Shown piece after piece: positions 39,944 to 54,174 of a DNA stretch of 64,000 nucleotides. The stretch lies in assembly GCA_964106915.2 (NCBI GenBank), contig OZ066925.1; one strand, given 5' to 3'. The position numbers and the translations under genes were made by a program. Positions within the stretch are counted from its first letter, which is position 1. Each line of letters starts with the position of its first letter. The stretch comes from Podarcis gaigeae (lineage: Eukaryota). Under the pieces are notes generated by a model, which worked only from the letters and a program-made list of their open reading frames with translations, had not been told where the DNA came from and did no database searches.

Positions 39944-40109
39944 TAAGTTGGATGCAGTGCAGAAAACTTGATGGAGAAGTAATGTTTTTTTGAAGAATAC
40001 TGTAGTTTTTTGGTCATTATATGAAAAAATCCAGCTCATATGTTAATCAAATTAATGTAGTTCAGTTACAAAAACTGAAATTATATTTGAAAATCCTTGG
40101 GGGGGAAAC

Positions 40110-41015
40110 CAATTTTTTATTTCAGAAAATGTATACTGCCCACTATAAAAAAAAATCATGGCAGTGAACAGCATAAAATACACAATAAAATTGCATTCAT
40201 AAAACAAGTACAAAATACATCACAAATCATAGGCATAGCTGGATCACCCCTCAGGGAAAACTTGGGTTAAGTTTTAAGATTTAAGCAGGTGCCTAAATGT
40301 CAGTGCTGTAGGTGCCTGCCTGATGTTCATTGGAAGCATTTTCCCAAAGGACAGATGTCACTACACAAAATGTCCTCGTCTTAGTGGACATAAGATGAAC
40401 CATGGGAGCATACAAAACAACTAAGACTGCCTCTCTTGAAGACTGATGTGCCTGGCCAGTGGCATACAAAGTAAGGAGTTCCCAGAGGTAACTGGTTCCA
40501 AGTTGTTCATGGCTTTATACGTCAATAACAAGACCTTAGACTTGACTCAGTAGCATATTGGCAGCCAGTGTAGCACTTTGAACACAGGAGTTATGCACTG
40601 TTGATAGGGCATCTGCTATAACAACCTTGCTGCAGATGCCTTATCCAGTCTTAAGGGAAGGCCCACAAAGAGGGCATTGCAGTAATCCAATCTAAACTAT
40701 GAATGCCTGAACTACAGCAGCTAAGCTATGGTATCTACCAGTCCAGGAATAGTTGTAGCTCTTGCGCCAGCTGACATCCAGGGGCAGTTCTAAGCTACAC
40801 ACCTGCTTCTTCAGAGGGAGAGTAACCATACCCAGAAGAGGCAGCTAACCTATTTTCTGAATCTGGGAACCTCTCACCTACAGAGCTTTTACCAGCTTTC
40901 TTTATTGGTCCTCATCCAGCCCACCACTGTTCCCAGGAACTGATCCAGCTCCTGTGCTGCTACACCTGAGTCACATGTTTTGGAGAAGTAGAATTGGGTG
41001 TCATCAGTATATTGG
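40110..41015 (-). mobile_element. Old degraded L2-like LINE fragment
   Basis: gtgtcatcagtata (YADDT-like motif on the minus strand) near 41000 and L2-like decayed coding sequence. Confidence 0.5.
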
Positions 41016-41822
41016 GTGCCAACAACATGTTGACACTGTGTTCCAAATCCTGTAATTACCATTTTCAGTGGGTGGCTTCTGCTCCCAGGAGATTGGCCAA
41101 GAGATTTCTCTGAATGGGTACAAATTTCTTCATATCACAAGAACAAATACAATGACAACATAGCAATCTGAATTGCATGAAAAAGTTACTCATCTTATGG
41201 CCTCTGTGGAAACTGCAAATGCCACCTTTGTAAGCTCCCAAAGTTCTTTAAAGGCATAAGCCACTGTCCCTTTCTTTCAGCTAATGCAGGGGCACAGGTT
41301 CCAGTGGGCAGGTGGGCCACTCACTTGTCAATCACTTGACATCACATCAGGTGACCTGTTTTTGCCTGCGTAGTTTGAAATAAAGCTATACAGATAAAGA
41401 CCCAGCACTGTCCACTGATTCTGAGGGCTTGCAAGGCTCTGTGAAGGGGGCTTTGCACAGGGCTGCAATCCTCTTTGGGCCCAGTCTTTGCCTGCTTTGT
41501 AGGGCAGGTGAGCATGGCTTTGTCAAAACAACCTTCCAGAAGAGGTTTGGTGAGTCTGTTAATGGCTTCCCTGTCATCCCCCATGTTGTGGGAATGGGAT
41601 TTATTTCTTATTATTAGGAGATCTAGAGAGGGTTTTCCTTTAGTCTGTTGCCAGTTGTTGGAATGAACATATCCTAGACTCGAGGGCCTTTCAGAAGAGT
41701 CACTCAGAATAAATTGGAATAGGAATGGAATCCCTGCCTCGACATATGGATTCCATATTCTCCAATAAAAGTGTATAAACAACTGCATACTAATTTCCAT
41801 ATTATGATGTATGTGTAAGATT

Positions 41823-42173
41823 AAAAGGTAAAGGGACCCCTGACCATTAGGTCCAGTTGTGACCGACTCTGGGGTTGTGGTGCTCATCTTGCTTTATTGG
41901 CCGAGGGAGCTGGCGTACAGCTTCTGGGTCATGTGGCCAGCGTGACCAAGCCGCTTCTGGCGAACCAAAGCAGCGCACGGAAACGCCATTTACCTTCCCC
42001 CTGGAGCGGTACCGATTTATCTACTTGCACTTTGATGTGCTTTCGAACTGCTAGGTTGGCAGGAGCAGGGACCGAGGAACGGGAGCTCACCCTGTCACGG
42101 TGATTCGAACTGCGACGTTCTGATCGGCAAGTCCTAGGCTCTGTGATTTAACCCACAGCGCCACCCGCCTCCC
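41823..42173 (-). mobile_element. Full-length Sauria SINE
   Basis: Perfect 13-bp TSD TATGTGTAAGATT at 41810-41822 and 42174-42186. Confidence 0.94.
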
Positions 42174-42194
42174 TATGTGTAAGATTGGGTATAA

Positions 42195-42530
42195 GCTATT
42201 ATTATTATCACCCTTCATCCAAAGATCACAGGGTAGGTAATAACCTAAAAATACAAAATAAGAACACAAAATACACAATAAATAAAAAAACAAGCCAGCA
42301 ACCCCCCTCCCTGCCCACAAACCTATTTAAAGGGACTAAGGCCTGGTGGAAGAGATGGGTGCCAGGTGATCCTCCCCTCCCTGAGGAGAGCTTTCCAGAA
42401 TGGGGAGCCACTGCAGAAAAGGCCTGTTCTCATGTTGCCACCCTCTGGACTTCTTATAAAGGAGGCTAATGAAGAAGGGCCTCAGATGGTGATTTCAGGG
42501 TCCAGATTGGTACATATGGGTAGAGGTTAA
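42195..42530 (-). mobile_element. L2-type 3' fragment
   Basis: Reverse-complement similarity to 21150-21260 (gccactgcagaaaaggcctg...tgccaccctctggac). Confidence 0.6.
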
Positions 42531-44693
42531 AGCTATTCTAGCTTTAGATAAGACAATGAATGTGACTCTTGAGATATTTTTCTTAGCAGGTTTACTTGCC
42601 TTGGACAATGTATAAAGGTTTGACTTACTAGATACTTCATTTTGAACAACTTTTAATTCTCATTCAAATTTAAAGATACCACATTATTAGAAATTTGTCA
42701 AAGATTTGTTAACTGAGATTGATGACACCTAAGTGCTGCAGTTATAGTTGCAGTGATACTTAGGTAGATATGTAATATTTTCTTTATATAATTTTATTAT
42801 TTTTTTGTTAATAACAATCCAATGTATTAATACAATACCAAATCATAATTCAATTAAAAACGCCAATTGTCAGATTCCAAATTAAACATTTTGGTCGACT
42901 TCCCAAAGTCATGTTGACTTCCCATGTTAGGAGATTTTTAGGAGATGTTGATTCCTTGTTCCCACTCCAATCTGCTTATTTAATCAAAATAATACAGTTC
43001 TGATGTTGATCCTTTATTTTAACAGCCACTGATGTGTTGTTTGTTCATATTTATCCTTTAATTTGCAATTTGCATATCCTTTAATTTGCAAGTGGACTTT
43101 ATATCTGGTAACTCTGTGTGGAATGTTTTTTTTAAAAAAACGTTCAACCTTCCTTTCTTGTTGCAATCAATCATTTTCAGCATCCCCCCCGCCCCCACTC
43201 CAAGGACTCAATTTTACTGTGTAGTGACCTTTCACCATCTTGCTTTTCTTAAAACTGAAAGTGGTCTGAAGTCTGGCTATTACTCCAGCCTCACTGCCAG
43301 CGTTTTCTTTGAATTCTTTCCCATCCAATAACAAGCTGATATCTTATCAACACCATAGTAAATCAAAGTTCAAGTCCTCCATAGGAGGGTATTGCCACAG
43401 AACATCCCAATATTTTCCACACAGTTCCATTTTTTCAATTAATCCATAAGCATTATAAAGTCCTTGTTAATTCCCTCTTGCAGTCCATTATTAATTGCAA
43501 TCCATTAATAATTGCAATCCATTAGTAGCTAATTTTCTTCTTTGGTGAAGAGTTGCCAAATCATAAAACAGCATAGTGAATATGTACTGTACTGTTGAAA
43601 GTAAGAAATTTTTTAATGCCCCCTTAAAAGTATTTTTTTTTTTTACTGGCTTCTTAGATCTCAGGGGGTTCTCAACTAAAGACTTGAGCTAGCGCAAGCA
43701 GATTCCACCCCATGTCCCCAGATCTGATTTAGAGATGCATGATGGAAGGAGATGGAGAGAGGGTTCAATATTCTTAAGGAAATATGTTGATTTTTCTTTA
43801 TATATAGAGTGTACTTCATGCATAGTATTTTGTTTAGCTGTGTCACCTTTTCATGTAATATGTGCTTACAAATCATGTGTTGTGTGACACTTGTAGAATC
43901 TGTGCTTCTAGCCAGAAGTGGGTAGAAGGTTAAAGTTCAGATAAAATTTGTTCCAGCCTTTTTACTTTCATATATCATTTTACAGAACATGACTACTCAT
44001 GTGATTCATCCTTTTTCTTCTTTTTAAGACAACCCAGCTTGATTTTTATCACCTGTCTCCAGTTATGATGATAAGAACATATTGGCCTGCTGGATCAAGC
44101 CAGGGACCCATTTCATCCATCAGTTTGCTTCCACAGTGGCCAGCCAGAAGCTTGCTGGAAGCAGCAGCTCATATTTGTCACTAGTTTGGCATATTCTGAA
44201 TTTGAACATACTAAATCCAAGTAACAACCCAAAAAGCCCCCCTCCCTTTATTTTGAATTATCTGTATATAATTAGAATTACATTCTAGATACAGTTCTGG
44301 CACCTAAATATTCATCTCATCATTTGATCTTAAACAGGAGCGGGCAGCTTAAATGATAAAGATTGTGTCAGTGGGACCCATTGTAGAATGCTTTTCACAA
44401 GCAAGATGTGCATAATAAAATTGCCTTTTTTCTTTCTTACCCCATGCTTTAGATGCTTGGTGCAGCTCTATGTGGATCTCTGGTTAATTGTGATGTTAGC
44501 TCTTTTATTAGCATTTTTTTGATACTGCATTAGTCAGATTGTTGTGAGTCATGGTTTACTTAATATGAATCATCTTTTTAGCTGCATATCTGTAATACTC
44601 TGGAGAATATACTGCCATAGTTGCTTTGCATGTAGGTATAGTCTCTGTAAGAAGATAATGGGCTTTAAAGATCTGAGGGGCAGACAATATTCA

Positions 44694-44696
<3 letters not shown>

Positions 44697-44724
<28 letters not shown>
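44697..44724. repeat. (AT)n microsatellite
   Basis: Directly visible. Confidence 0.9.
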
Positions 44725-44727
<3 letters not shown>

Positions 44728-46830
44728 ACAGAAGAAACAGTAGATAATATTTGATCGGTTTTTTAACAGCAGTTAAGCAGCTAAGTTAGTAGAACACCAT
44801 CAGGTGCATGTTGAGAGTTTCTTTTTGAAAATGTGTTAATGAAGTTACCTTTTGCTAGCATATTCCATTGACACATTAGAGGTATGTGTTGTTCATATAA
44901 GAATAAGACAATTTTTAAAGCAATCTGTCAGGTCTTTTAGCTCTACTTCAGATTTTCCTTAAAGGAATAACTTAGAAATGGTAGGGAACAGTTGTTTGAA
45001 GCTAATGGCTAGTCAAACTCCCCCAGGTACTCAGAACTGTACTGAAAATTTAAGTGGTAGAGCAGAACATTCTGTACTTGAAACAGATGCTTAGCAACAG
45101 TTGCGAATGCTGTTAGCGATTTGAAAAATGTGTAATTGGTACTTTGGCAGTTTCTATTATGATTGGGAGGTGTGAAGAATAGATCACAGTTCATGGAAAG
45201 CATTGTCTTTTAAAACATGATTATGACATATTTGTTAAAAATCCAGTATTATTTTTTTTACTATAAATGTCTGTTCTGATTCCCTTTGCTCTTTGTCCTC
45301 AACTTTGATCTCAGCAGCTAGCCACTGAATGCCATGGCATTTGAATCAATCCAGACTGTTCAGGCTGTTTTTCTTTGATAGAGGTTTAAAAATTAAATAT
45401 GGTTATGACTCACTGTCAGTGTGACAGAAGAGATTTAAAATTACAGGCTGGGATTTAAACTTAAATGTGATTACATGACTCATTATTTGATGAAACTGCT
45501 TGATTTAAAAAAAAGATAATGCCAGAAATGAAACCCAAAACCTTAATCCTCAACTGTAATGTTATGTAAATGGCATAGTATTTTAAATGCTCAACATTTT
45601 AAAATTATTTACAAAAGTATACTAAGAAGTGACAGAATTCATATGACGATCATGGTCTAAACTTGTGAATAGTCTGAAGCATTCCTGTTCAGTTGAAGAA
45701 TCTAGCCCTTAAGCAATTTTTTAGTAAAATACCACTCTGAAACAGATTATGCAGAAAATTGTCAAAATAATTGCATAAAAATATTGCACATTAAAATTGT
45801 GGCAATAAGATACAACTGTAAATGCAGTTAAGTTGTAACGGTTTGTATAGTTATAAAATGGTGAATGCAAGTGTTTGCATATAGAAGCTGGAAAATAAAG
45901 CTGGCCTACTTCTGAGTGTGGCACTCAGGCATAAAAAGCCCCATTAATTTGTTTTTCATAACCAGGAAGGCTCAAATATAATAATATTTGTAGGAATCTG
46001 TGAAAAGTTGTGTTTCACTTGAGTTCTTCTGAGTAAGGATATTAATCTGTATGAATAACATTTACCTTCTGCCCTACCCCAGTCAGTGGGGTGGGGGCAA
46101 TACCTTAAATATATAAACTTGGCCATCTACTTTATTATCAGGGAGTTTTACCTGGACACATCCTCTTATGATCTGATATTATCAAGACCAGGTGCATGTC
46201 TTGTGTCTTCAAGGAGTTGTGCTTTTGGTTTAGTGGGCCCAACACCGTCCCATTAGAAAGCAGGCAGGCACTATTCCTGTGAAGTTTCAGAATCAGTTTA
46301 ATTTTTTTTTATTTCAAAAGGCCTTTGAATTATGAACACAATTTTATGTTTTCAGACGCTTTAACATATCTCTTGAATTTCTGTGTATTGTATGGCTGAG
46401 GCATATAGTGAAAAGCTGCAATTGATTGCATAGAATAAGCCCCCCTCTGAAGAAGATGTTAGATTATTCCATTGCTGCTGGCCAGCAGTATTAAGTTTCT
46501 TGGGATTTGCTGCATCTTTTGCTTTGCACATTCTACCATGGCAAAAAGAGGCAAGCAAGCTCTTTTCAGTCTTGCCCAGTTTGCCTTCACCAGTCATGGA
46601 TCGAGAGATTGTTTTTGTGATACAGATATTAAATGAATTTGGACTGCTTTCTATACAAATCCCAGGTACATGAAAAATCATTGGCAATTGGGGGGGGGAG
46701 AGAGAATCCTAATCTTTGTTCTGACAATACTGTATTCTTTTAATTTCATTATATATATTTTATTGTTGATTTAGGATTCCTTATCCTGAAATCAGCTCTT
46801 ACAGATGTTGTTCTTGTGGCTAGTTTCAGA

Positions 46831-47195
46831 ACTCACAGGGTTAAGGAGTTCTGAGTGACGTCTCTCCATTCCTGAGGCGTGACTAGAAGGAAGGAGTGGC
46901 TTTTCTCACTGCCTGTTTTGTCTCTGCTTCCGAAAGAGACAGAAGGAAAATGTGCGAGCTGAGTCCAGGAAAGCTCTGTAATTGTTTAACTGCTTGAATA
47001 AAGACTGAGTTATAAACACACTGACGCCTAAGTGTGTTTGATCTGCTTAACACCGTGGAGCAACAGCACGCTGCGGGAAAACTCTGCAACTGTGGCTGAC
47101 GGAGGTCGGAGGACCGAGAGCAGAAGCGCCAGACGGAAGTGTGCCGGGCTTCCATTCAAGCAGCTGTGCCTAATTGGGGTCCAATCCAATTAGCT
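46831..47195 (-). promoter_or_regulatory. Candidate antisense promoter and first exon inside RUNDC3B intron 8
   Basis: Local CpG cluster, ETS motif CGGAAGT, CCAAT boxes, forkhead motifs, strong-Kozak ATG at 46869 and GTGAGT donor at 46836. Confidence 0.45.
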
Positions 47196-47649
47196 ACGCC
47201 AATTATTCCACAGTTCTTGCATAAGAGGAATGTGAAAAGGGGGAAATGTAGCTTGTGGTAATAGCAGGGAACAGGTGCATTTGTTTATGATTAAGATTTA
47301 CTGGTTAATTGTGGATTGACTTTATTGATCTTGCTTGAGGTTAGATGGCACCTTAGGGTTCTTATTTAGAAGCCATCTGGGCATTGAGGGATATATAAAT
47401 TAATAAATAATGATATGCCTTGTATGTGCTCCTTCTCTGGGTTTGCACATTTCTCTGTACTATTCTCTCTTCCTACTTTTTGCTGTTTTACATTACAAAT
47501 ACATTGCCAGGTTTTGAGCAAATACTCATGATGTCATAGTTCTCGCCCTTTAACCAGATAGTGTTTTAAGTAACTTCAACAGAGTTACTTTTTTGTTTTC
47601 TTTCCTACGCCTACAGAGGAAGCAGTTTTTGCTTAAATATTACACTGTA

Positions 47650-48090
47650 ATAGGGATGTATGGGATGTTAGTGGAGGCTTTCTGAGCAGACGAGACCAAT
47701 GGTGGGTTCAACCATCAAGAAGGTGGTTTCCGCATGTGCTGTAGAGGGAAGTGTGGGGCAGATGGGGCTCGTCAACCTGGGAAGGTAGTACATAGGGAGA
47801 AGGAAAGCTCTGATCCTAAACCGCTGCCTTGTGGGATACATTCAGGAGAAGAAAAGGCTAAGGAGTAAAACCTGCACAAATACTGAGTGGAGTCCCTAAG
47901 ACGGTTGGATGGCTCCTTGTACGCCTCCTTCTGGCAACTCCTGCAGCCAAGCTGGTGCTAAATGTATTGCTCTGCTTTCCTTTGGACCACAACGGCAAGG
48001 CCAAGGTCTTGTCACCTCCATATACACTGTCCAAGCTTGGCCCCGAGGCGCACTCTGTTGTCTCTTGAGACAGATGGGTGCCAGAAGCAT
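47650..48090 (+). mobile_element. Non-autonomous Vingi/RTE-related retroelement (5'-region motifs)
   Basis: gggctcgtcaacctgggaaggtag...agggagaaggaaagctctgatcctaaacc resembles recalled Vingi/RTE 5' UTRs; no ORF. Confidence 0.45.
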
Positions 48091-50867
48091 TGCAATATAA
48101 TGTTACTAAATGGCCAATAGTATGGGATGAGGAATGAGTAAAAGAGTATTTGAAAATCTTGCATAAAAAAATAAAAGTTGAATATTTTTCTTTTGAAAAC
48201 AAGCACATATGTGAAAGCCCATGTTGCCTGGTGTGTAACAACATATAAAGGATTATTTATGGCAAAACATTGTGTGATTTGTCATAATGCATATTAATCT
48301 ATTTTTACATGCTTTGTATCACACCAAAGTTCAAGCTGGTTTATAAAAATCAAAATCTAGTGCGAACCTAAGAATAATACCAATTTAAAATACAATAAAG
48401 ATAAAGGTTCAAAACAGCACTGCAAAATAGCCTTAAACAGCCCAACGTCTATCTGCAATTAAACCCGCCAATGTTCTTACTAAATGGAAAGTTTTTTGAC
48501 TGAGACCTTTTGTGGATGCAATGGGAAGTACTGAAAGCACACGGGTGCCTATGGGTGTTGGAAACTCATGCCTTAGCAAATTAAAATGGTTTTTCCTGGC
48601 ATCTAAAACAAATCAAAGTAGGTTCAAAGTAAATATGTTTGGAGATAACATCATACAATCAGGGTGCTGCAACAGATAACCACTGTCCTTATGATTACCA
48701 CCTAATCCCATAATATATGGCATGTGTATATTAAACTACTAATAAATTTATCGTGGCTACTACTTGCAGAAAAATGTATTAATCTGACTTAATAGTATGT
48801 GGGAAAATTATTTCCAGGATCAGTATTCCTGTGAAACAGCTGCTTCTGGTGCCAGTTTCCCTCCATATGTATATCATTTTTAAAAACAAAACAGGACTGT
48901 CACTTTTAACTGCAGACATGAGCATATTTAAGGCAACAATGAGTACCAGTTTACCTAGAAGTAAGTTCGATTTTGAGTAGACCTGTACAGTGTAGGTTTG
49001 TGCTTTTAGGCTGGGTTTATTATTTTCAGGAAGCATACAGATACATGCCAGCAATCTGAATTTAGTCTTAAAATAGCTATGAACAATTGAAATGTGGATT
49101 TGGTATGTAATAGTTGGCATATTTGGAGCCACTTGCAGAAACAGCCTTATCTTGGCTTACTACTTGTGGCTTGTTTGGGAGAAATAAACCATGAGCACTG
49201 CTTCACACATAATGCTAAGCCAAGCCTTGTTTGTTTGCTCTGTATGTAGGCAAAGTAGGATAGGAGCAACTGAGCAGCATATACAAGCACACTGCTTGTT
49301 CATCGTAGGCCAGGGCTGAGGCCAAACTGGGCCCTCTAGGCTGTTTTGTGCAGGCCTTGCCCATCAGCCCTATATACAATGCCATGGTTTAGATGAATTA
49401 GTGCTGTGTAAGATAAGACCACTGATTTATATTTTACATGTATGCCCAGAACTTTTGCTAATCTCTTTTATTTTCTGTTCCTTGGGGAGACTGGTAACAA
49501 GTCTCCCAAGAGTGACAATTATGGGAAATACCCTGAGCAGAAAACTATGCTGCTTGTCAATAACTAGAATTCTACTATTGTCATCTCCTCCATAAATCCG
49601 CAGTCTTGGATTCCCTTAGTTTGTTGGGTTTTTGTTTGCTATTGGGAGTTCTGACACTATACTAACATGTAGTTAGAGGCAAATAACACACCACATGCAT
49701 CGTTGCATGGGCTCACATCCATGACATTTGAAATTTCAACAGATTTGAGTCATCAAGGTGGTGCTGACAACTCATTCCATAGAGAGGGGATATGTGAAGG
49801 AGATTTATCCAATAGGAGAATTCATAGTACTGGTAAGTAATCAAGCTATGGCTGTACTGTTAAGTTAAAAACACTCCCAGTCTTTTCCCATGTTAAATAC
49901 TTTCCCCACTGTGAAGTATACCTGCTTTTGATCTTACAGAAATGACACTTTTTCTGTAACTTTTCTGACCTGAGATGGTGAACTTATTTTCAAAATGATA
50001 CAAATTACTTTTTTACTTAAGTCACTTTCTCTGTGTCTTTACTCTTATTTGGCTTTCTTGCTGTTTTTTTGCCTATGTGTCAGGTATAACTCCTAGGTAA
50101 TACATTGAGACACACATATAGATCCCAAATTAAGTATTTTTCTTTACAGTAGTAGAAGTAAAATTGCACAGTGCAATATAATCAACCTGTTTAGGAGGTA
50201 CACAATGCAGTTTTTGAAGAAAACCACTAGAAAATAAAACTACATTAAGTTTGCCATGAGTAACTGTATGGAAACCTTCATTAACACATTTTTTCTTTTA
50301 GTTTTGCCCCAGAAAAGAATTAATATAAAATAGCACTTAAAATTCTCTACTTGGTTTGTTTTCCAGGATGAAATAAAAGTGAAAAACAATAGGTACTTCA
50401 GTTGCAATGCAGCTGTTAACGGCATTTTTGTACCTTGTGTAGTTCTATTGACAACCACACTTCTGCTTGAAAGAAATGTGAAACTGGACTTTAATCTGGA
50501 CTCTCCTACAGACTGCTGATATAGGCAGATCAATTTGTTTTAGAGCTTAATACCTTGATTTCTTCTTTTGTAAAAGTTATAAATTAAGAACTTAGAACTT
50601 GCGCTGTTTGCTAACTGAAAACTGAGGATAATATTTGCTGTTTAAGAAGTAGTATTTAACTCATTGCTTTTATTTCTACATTATTTGCAGTTCACTGGTC
50701 ACCTTGTATACTGTAGTGTAAGTCTCTCTCTGTACAGTTCCTTTCAGTTTTTTGTTTTGTTTTCAGTACTAACATTCTGATTGAGAAGTCTCCTAGGAGG
50801 AAAGGTGCTTTAAGAATAGCATGCTAGCAGGTGATCTTCCAAGAATGAGCCTATTTTCTTCCTGTGA

Positions 50868-51062
<195 letters not shown>

Positions 51063-51240
51063 TAAGTTGAAATATTTGTGCAGTGCTCCTAGAGATCCCA
51101 GAAATTTCATTCTCCCCACCCCCCACTCTAGTGCATCTTGTCAACCAGATTATGTATGTGTTTAAGGGGAAAACTGGTAGATAACTAAACATTAGATAGC
51201 AGAATAGAATTATATAGTAGCATATTTATCTTAAACACAT

Positions 51241-51520
51241 TAGGTTGTATGCAGCTAAGTCATGCTCATGAGTACAGATGCATTGGAATCAATGGACAAA
51301 TTAGACAGGTATATTGAGTTCAGTAAGTCTTCTCTGAGTATGACTTAGTTGGATGCAACCCATCTGCTATAACAAATCATACTCATAAGCACATAATACT
51401 TTTTGGGTGGTATCTAAGTCATACTCTGTTTAGACGCTTTGAAATCAATTTCAATAAACTTAAGTTAGTCATGACTGAAGTCCATTGATTTCAGTGAGTT
51501 TGCTTAGAGAATCACTTAAT
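51241..51520. repeat. Two adjacent degenerate palindromic MITE-like repeats
   Basis: ggttgtatgcagctaagtcatgctca / tgagtatgacttagttggatgcaacc arms; second copy from about 51406. Confidence 0.55.
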
Positions 51521-54174
51521 ACAAAGTATTTTACATACATTTCCAGCAAATCTTAGAATAACCTTTATTATCTATTTTACTCAACAGTACCTCGTTTACA
51601 TGCTGCATTAAACCATAGTTTAAATCAAACTACAGTTTAATGAATAAGCAGCATGCTGGTGCAGAGTGTTCATGGTTTCTTGCTGGCTGACTGTTCTTGA
51701 TTTATTTAGAGGAGACGAGCTATGAACCCAGATTCAGAGCAACATAAGCCAGAATCTGGTTTGTTTTGTCTGCAGCACGAGAGGAACAGGAGTGATGAGG
51801 AGTACCATGGTAACTTTTGAGTATGATAATTGTTGCTCATTCACATTGCTTTGAACTATGGATTAATGTGATGTAACTGAACCAATGCAAATTGTTCTGC
51901 ATAATGAGTTTAAGATGGGGTTGTTGTTGTTACTGGCATTTTTATCCCACTCTTTATCCAAAAAAGGTTCCCAGAGTGGTTTACAAATATCAGTGAAGTT
52001 TTATCAACTGTAGTTAAGGACATACTAAATTTGTCTGGAGTGTTCATTAGGATCATCATACCTTTAATGAAGGTTAACAGTAGTCAGACGTAATGTAGAG
52101 AGAGTGGGGGTTTCCCATACAAGATGTGGCAGGGGCATGATTCCACAGCCTGATCCCTTTATCAGCAGTGGGCAACATGTGCTCTTCCAGGACTTGTTAG
52201 ACTCTAACTACCATCAACCCATCAGCATGAGCAATGGGAGTTGTAGTCTAACAACACTTGGAGGGCCACAGGTGTATGTTCTTGCTATATAGTTCAGCCT
52301 TAAGTCATCTTCAGCCTTTAAAATTTATTAGAATTATATTTTCATATTAAAATGGGAAGTGCCTAATTGCATTATTACCTCAAATTTGCTGAGATTTCAC
52401 TTGGAGGCTGATTTCACTTTGAATTTAGCATCCCATGTTACATTCTGCAACATAAAGGTTGGTCTAAAATTTATAGGAACATGGAGTGGAATCAGATTTG
52501 TTCCCTTGCACTCACAGAAGGGCTTTTGATCCAGTGTTGTCTAATGGAGGAGGAGCAGGTACCTTGGGCCACTGCAACATTTGCAGACCCCAGTCCCCCC
52601 TAAAAATCCATTCCAGAGAGTTGAAGGACCTTCCAGAGCAAGGTGCAAGGTGGCATGGGGTAGAGCTATTAGGGAAAGGAGGAACTGGCAACATTTGCTT
52701 CCCCTCTACATTCTGTTGTTGGTGAAACTCATTAGTATGGGTTATGCAGCACCACCTTGTGGTCGAGGCATTAAAGTGTTGATTAGGAAAGTAACCAGCT
52801 TCCAGAATTCAGTTTGCTTTCCTGCCTTGAGTCGAGCTGTCACTGTTCTTTGTTGCTCCCTGCCTTTTCTCACTAAATACTATATCTGCGGGGTGGTTGT
52901 TTTTTGTGTGGTCGTCCTGTTTTCTGTGGGAGGTCTCCTGTTCCTTGAGTAAATCAAGTGTCTTCATGTACTTCACTTTAATTTCTGGGGGGGGGGGTAG
53001 GTTTGCCAGTTGGACTTCTCCCAGTTTGCCAATTTCATAGCTTTTAACTCTGCCTTTTTTTTAACACTGTTTCTCTGCTTTGTTTTCTTCCAGTGTGTTC
53101 TTTCCCCCGTGACTTTATATTGTAGTTTCTGCCACCCTGTTTCTGGCTTTGTGCATTCCTGTTTATATTTAGGGGGAGTTCCTTAAATGTATATAGTCTA
53201 TTTCACTCCTTTGCTTTCCCTTCTCGGTGACCACTTTTACGAAGGGTAGGAATCAGTTGAAAGTTTGAGAGACTCTTGTATTGGGAGCCATGCCTAAGAA
53301 GCCCCAGCAAGCGCACCTTCTTATTAGGTGTTTGTGTTGGTCCCGCGCTCAGATTCCATTGCAGCTGTCATTCTGCAAAGCAATTTGCCTTTCCAAGAAA
53401 TTATGTGTACTGCATCCCCCATCAGCTTTGGTTGTCCTGTGGCTTGCAAAGTGATTCAGAAGTGCAAACATACTGAAGGGGCTGTTTCTCATAGCTCTAA
53501 GAGACACAGAAGTGCATTTGTTATAGGGATGAGTGCTCAGCAACAGAGGGGATGAGTTCTTGAATGGCTGTCTCCTGTCCATTTAAAGAGAGAGGCTGTG
53601 TTGTGGGATGTAATGTGATGGAGATGGATCACCAAGCCCAGCATGTGAATGTTTCATGCTCCCACAGCTCCTCAGAAGGGGAGGACTTTGGGGGATCCCA
53701 GGGCTCTCCTGTCAGTCCCCAACCCCAGGAGTTGCCTAGTTTAGCTATGCCTCATTCATATTCTATTACTGCTAACAATACTGCTGCTGGCACTTCTCAT
53801 CAGGCTGCCTCGCTTTTCTCCCGTCTGTGTTAATTTCAGTGAAGGCCTTAAACCCAATCAAAGAGGTGCCATTAGGTGCTTTTTCTTTAGAGCCCAGGGG
53901 TTTGGATCCTGAATCTAATTCTGTGCCTTCCTGTTCCCATAGTCAGCTCTATCTCATTCCTTCTCAGAATTTGGCAACTGCTCCCTCTCTTATGGCAGGC
54001 AGCCAGCCACCTCCTGATGCCTCTTTCAGTCAATTCCATGCAGCTAAAGGCATTGCTGTTGCAGCGGATTCTGCATCTAATGGCCCTGCAATAAAGGGGA
54101 AAATATGAATCCTTATGGGGAATTGGATATTGAGGAAGTGAAATGAAACGAGAGATCTCAGTCAGAGGCTCATT

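Noticed and set aside
42790-43560. Possible L1/Tx1 3' relic on the minus strand
   Set aside because: Too degraded to assign.
46883-47155. 90-aa minus-strand ORF
   Set aside because: No homology recognised; more likely promoter or leader sequence of the candidate antisense exon.
52640-54110. Possible DIRS terminal repeat or gag region on the plus strand
   Set aside because: Composition is suggestive but no motif I can support.
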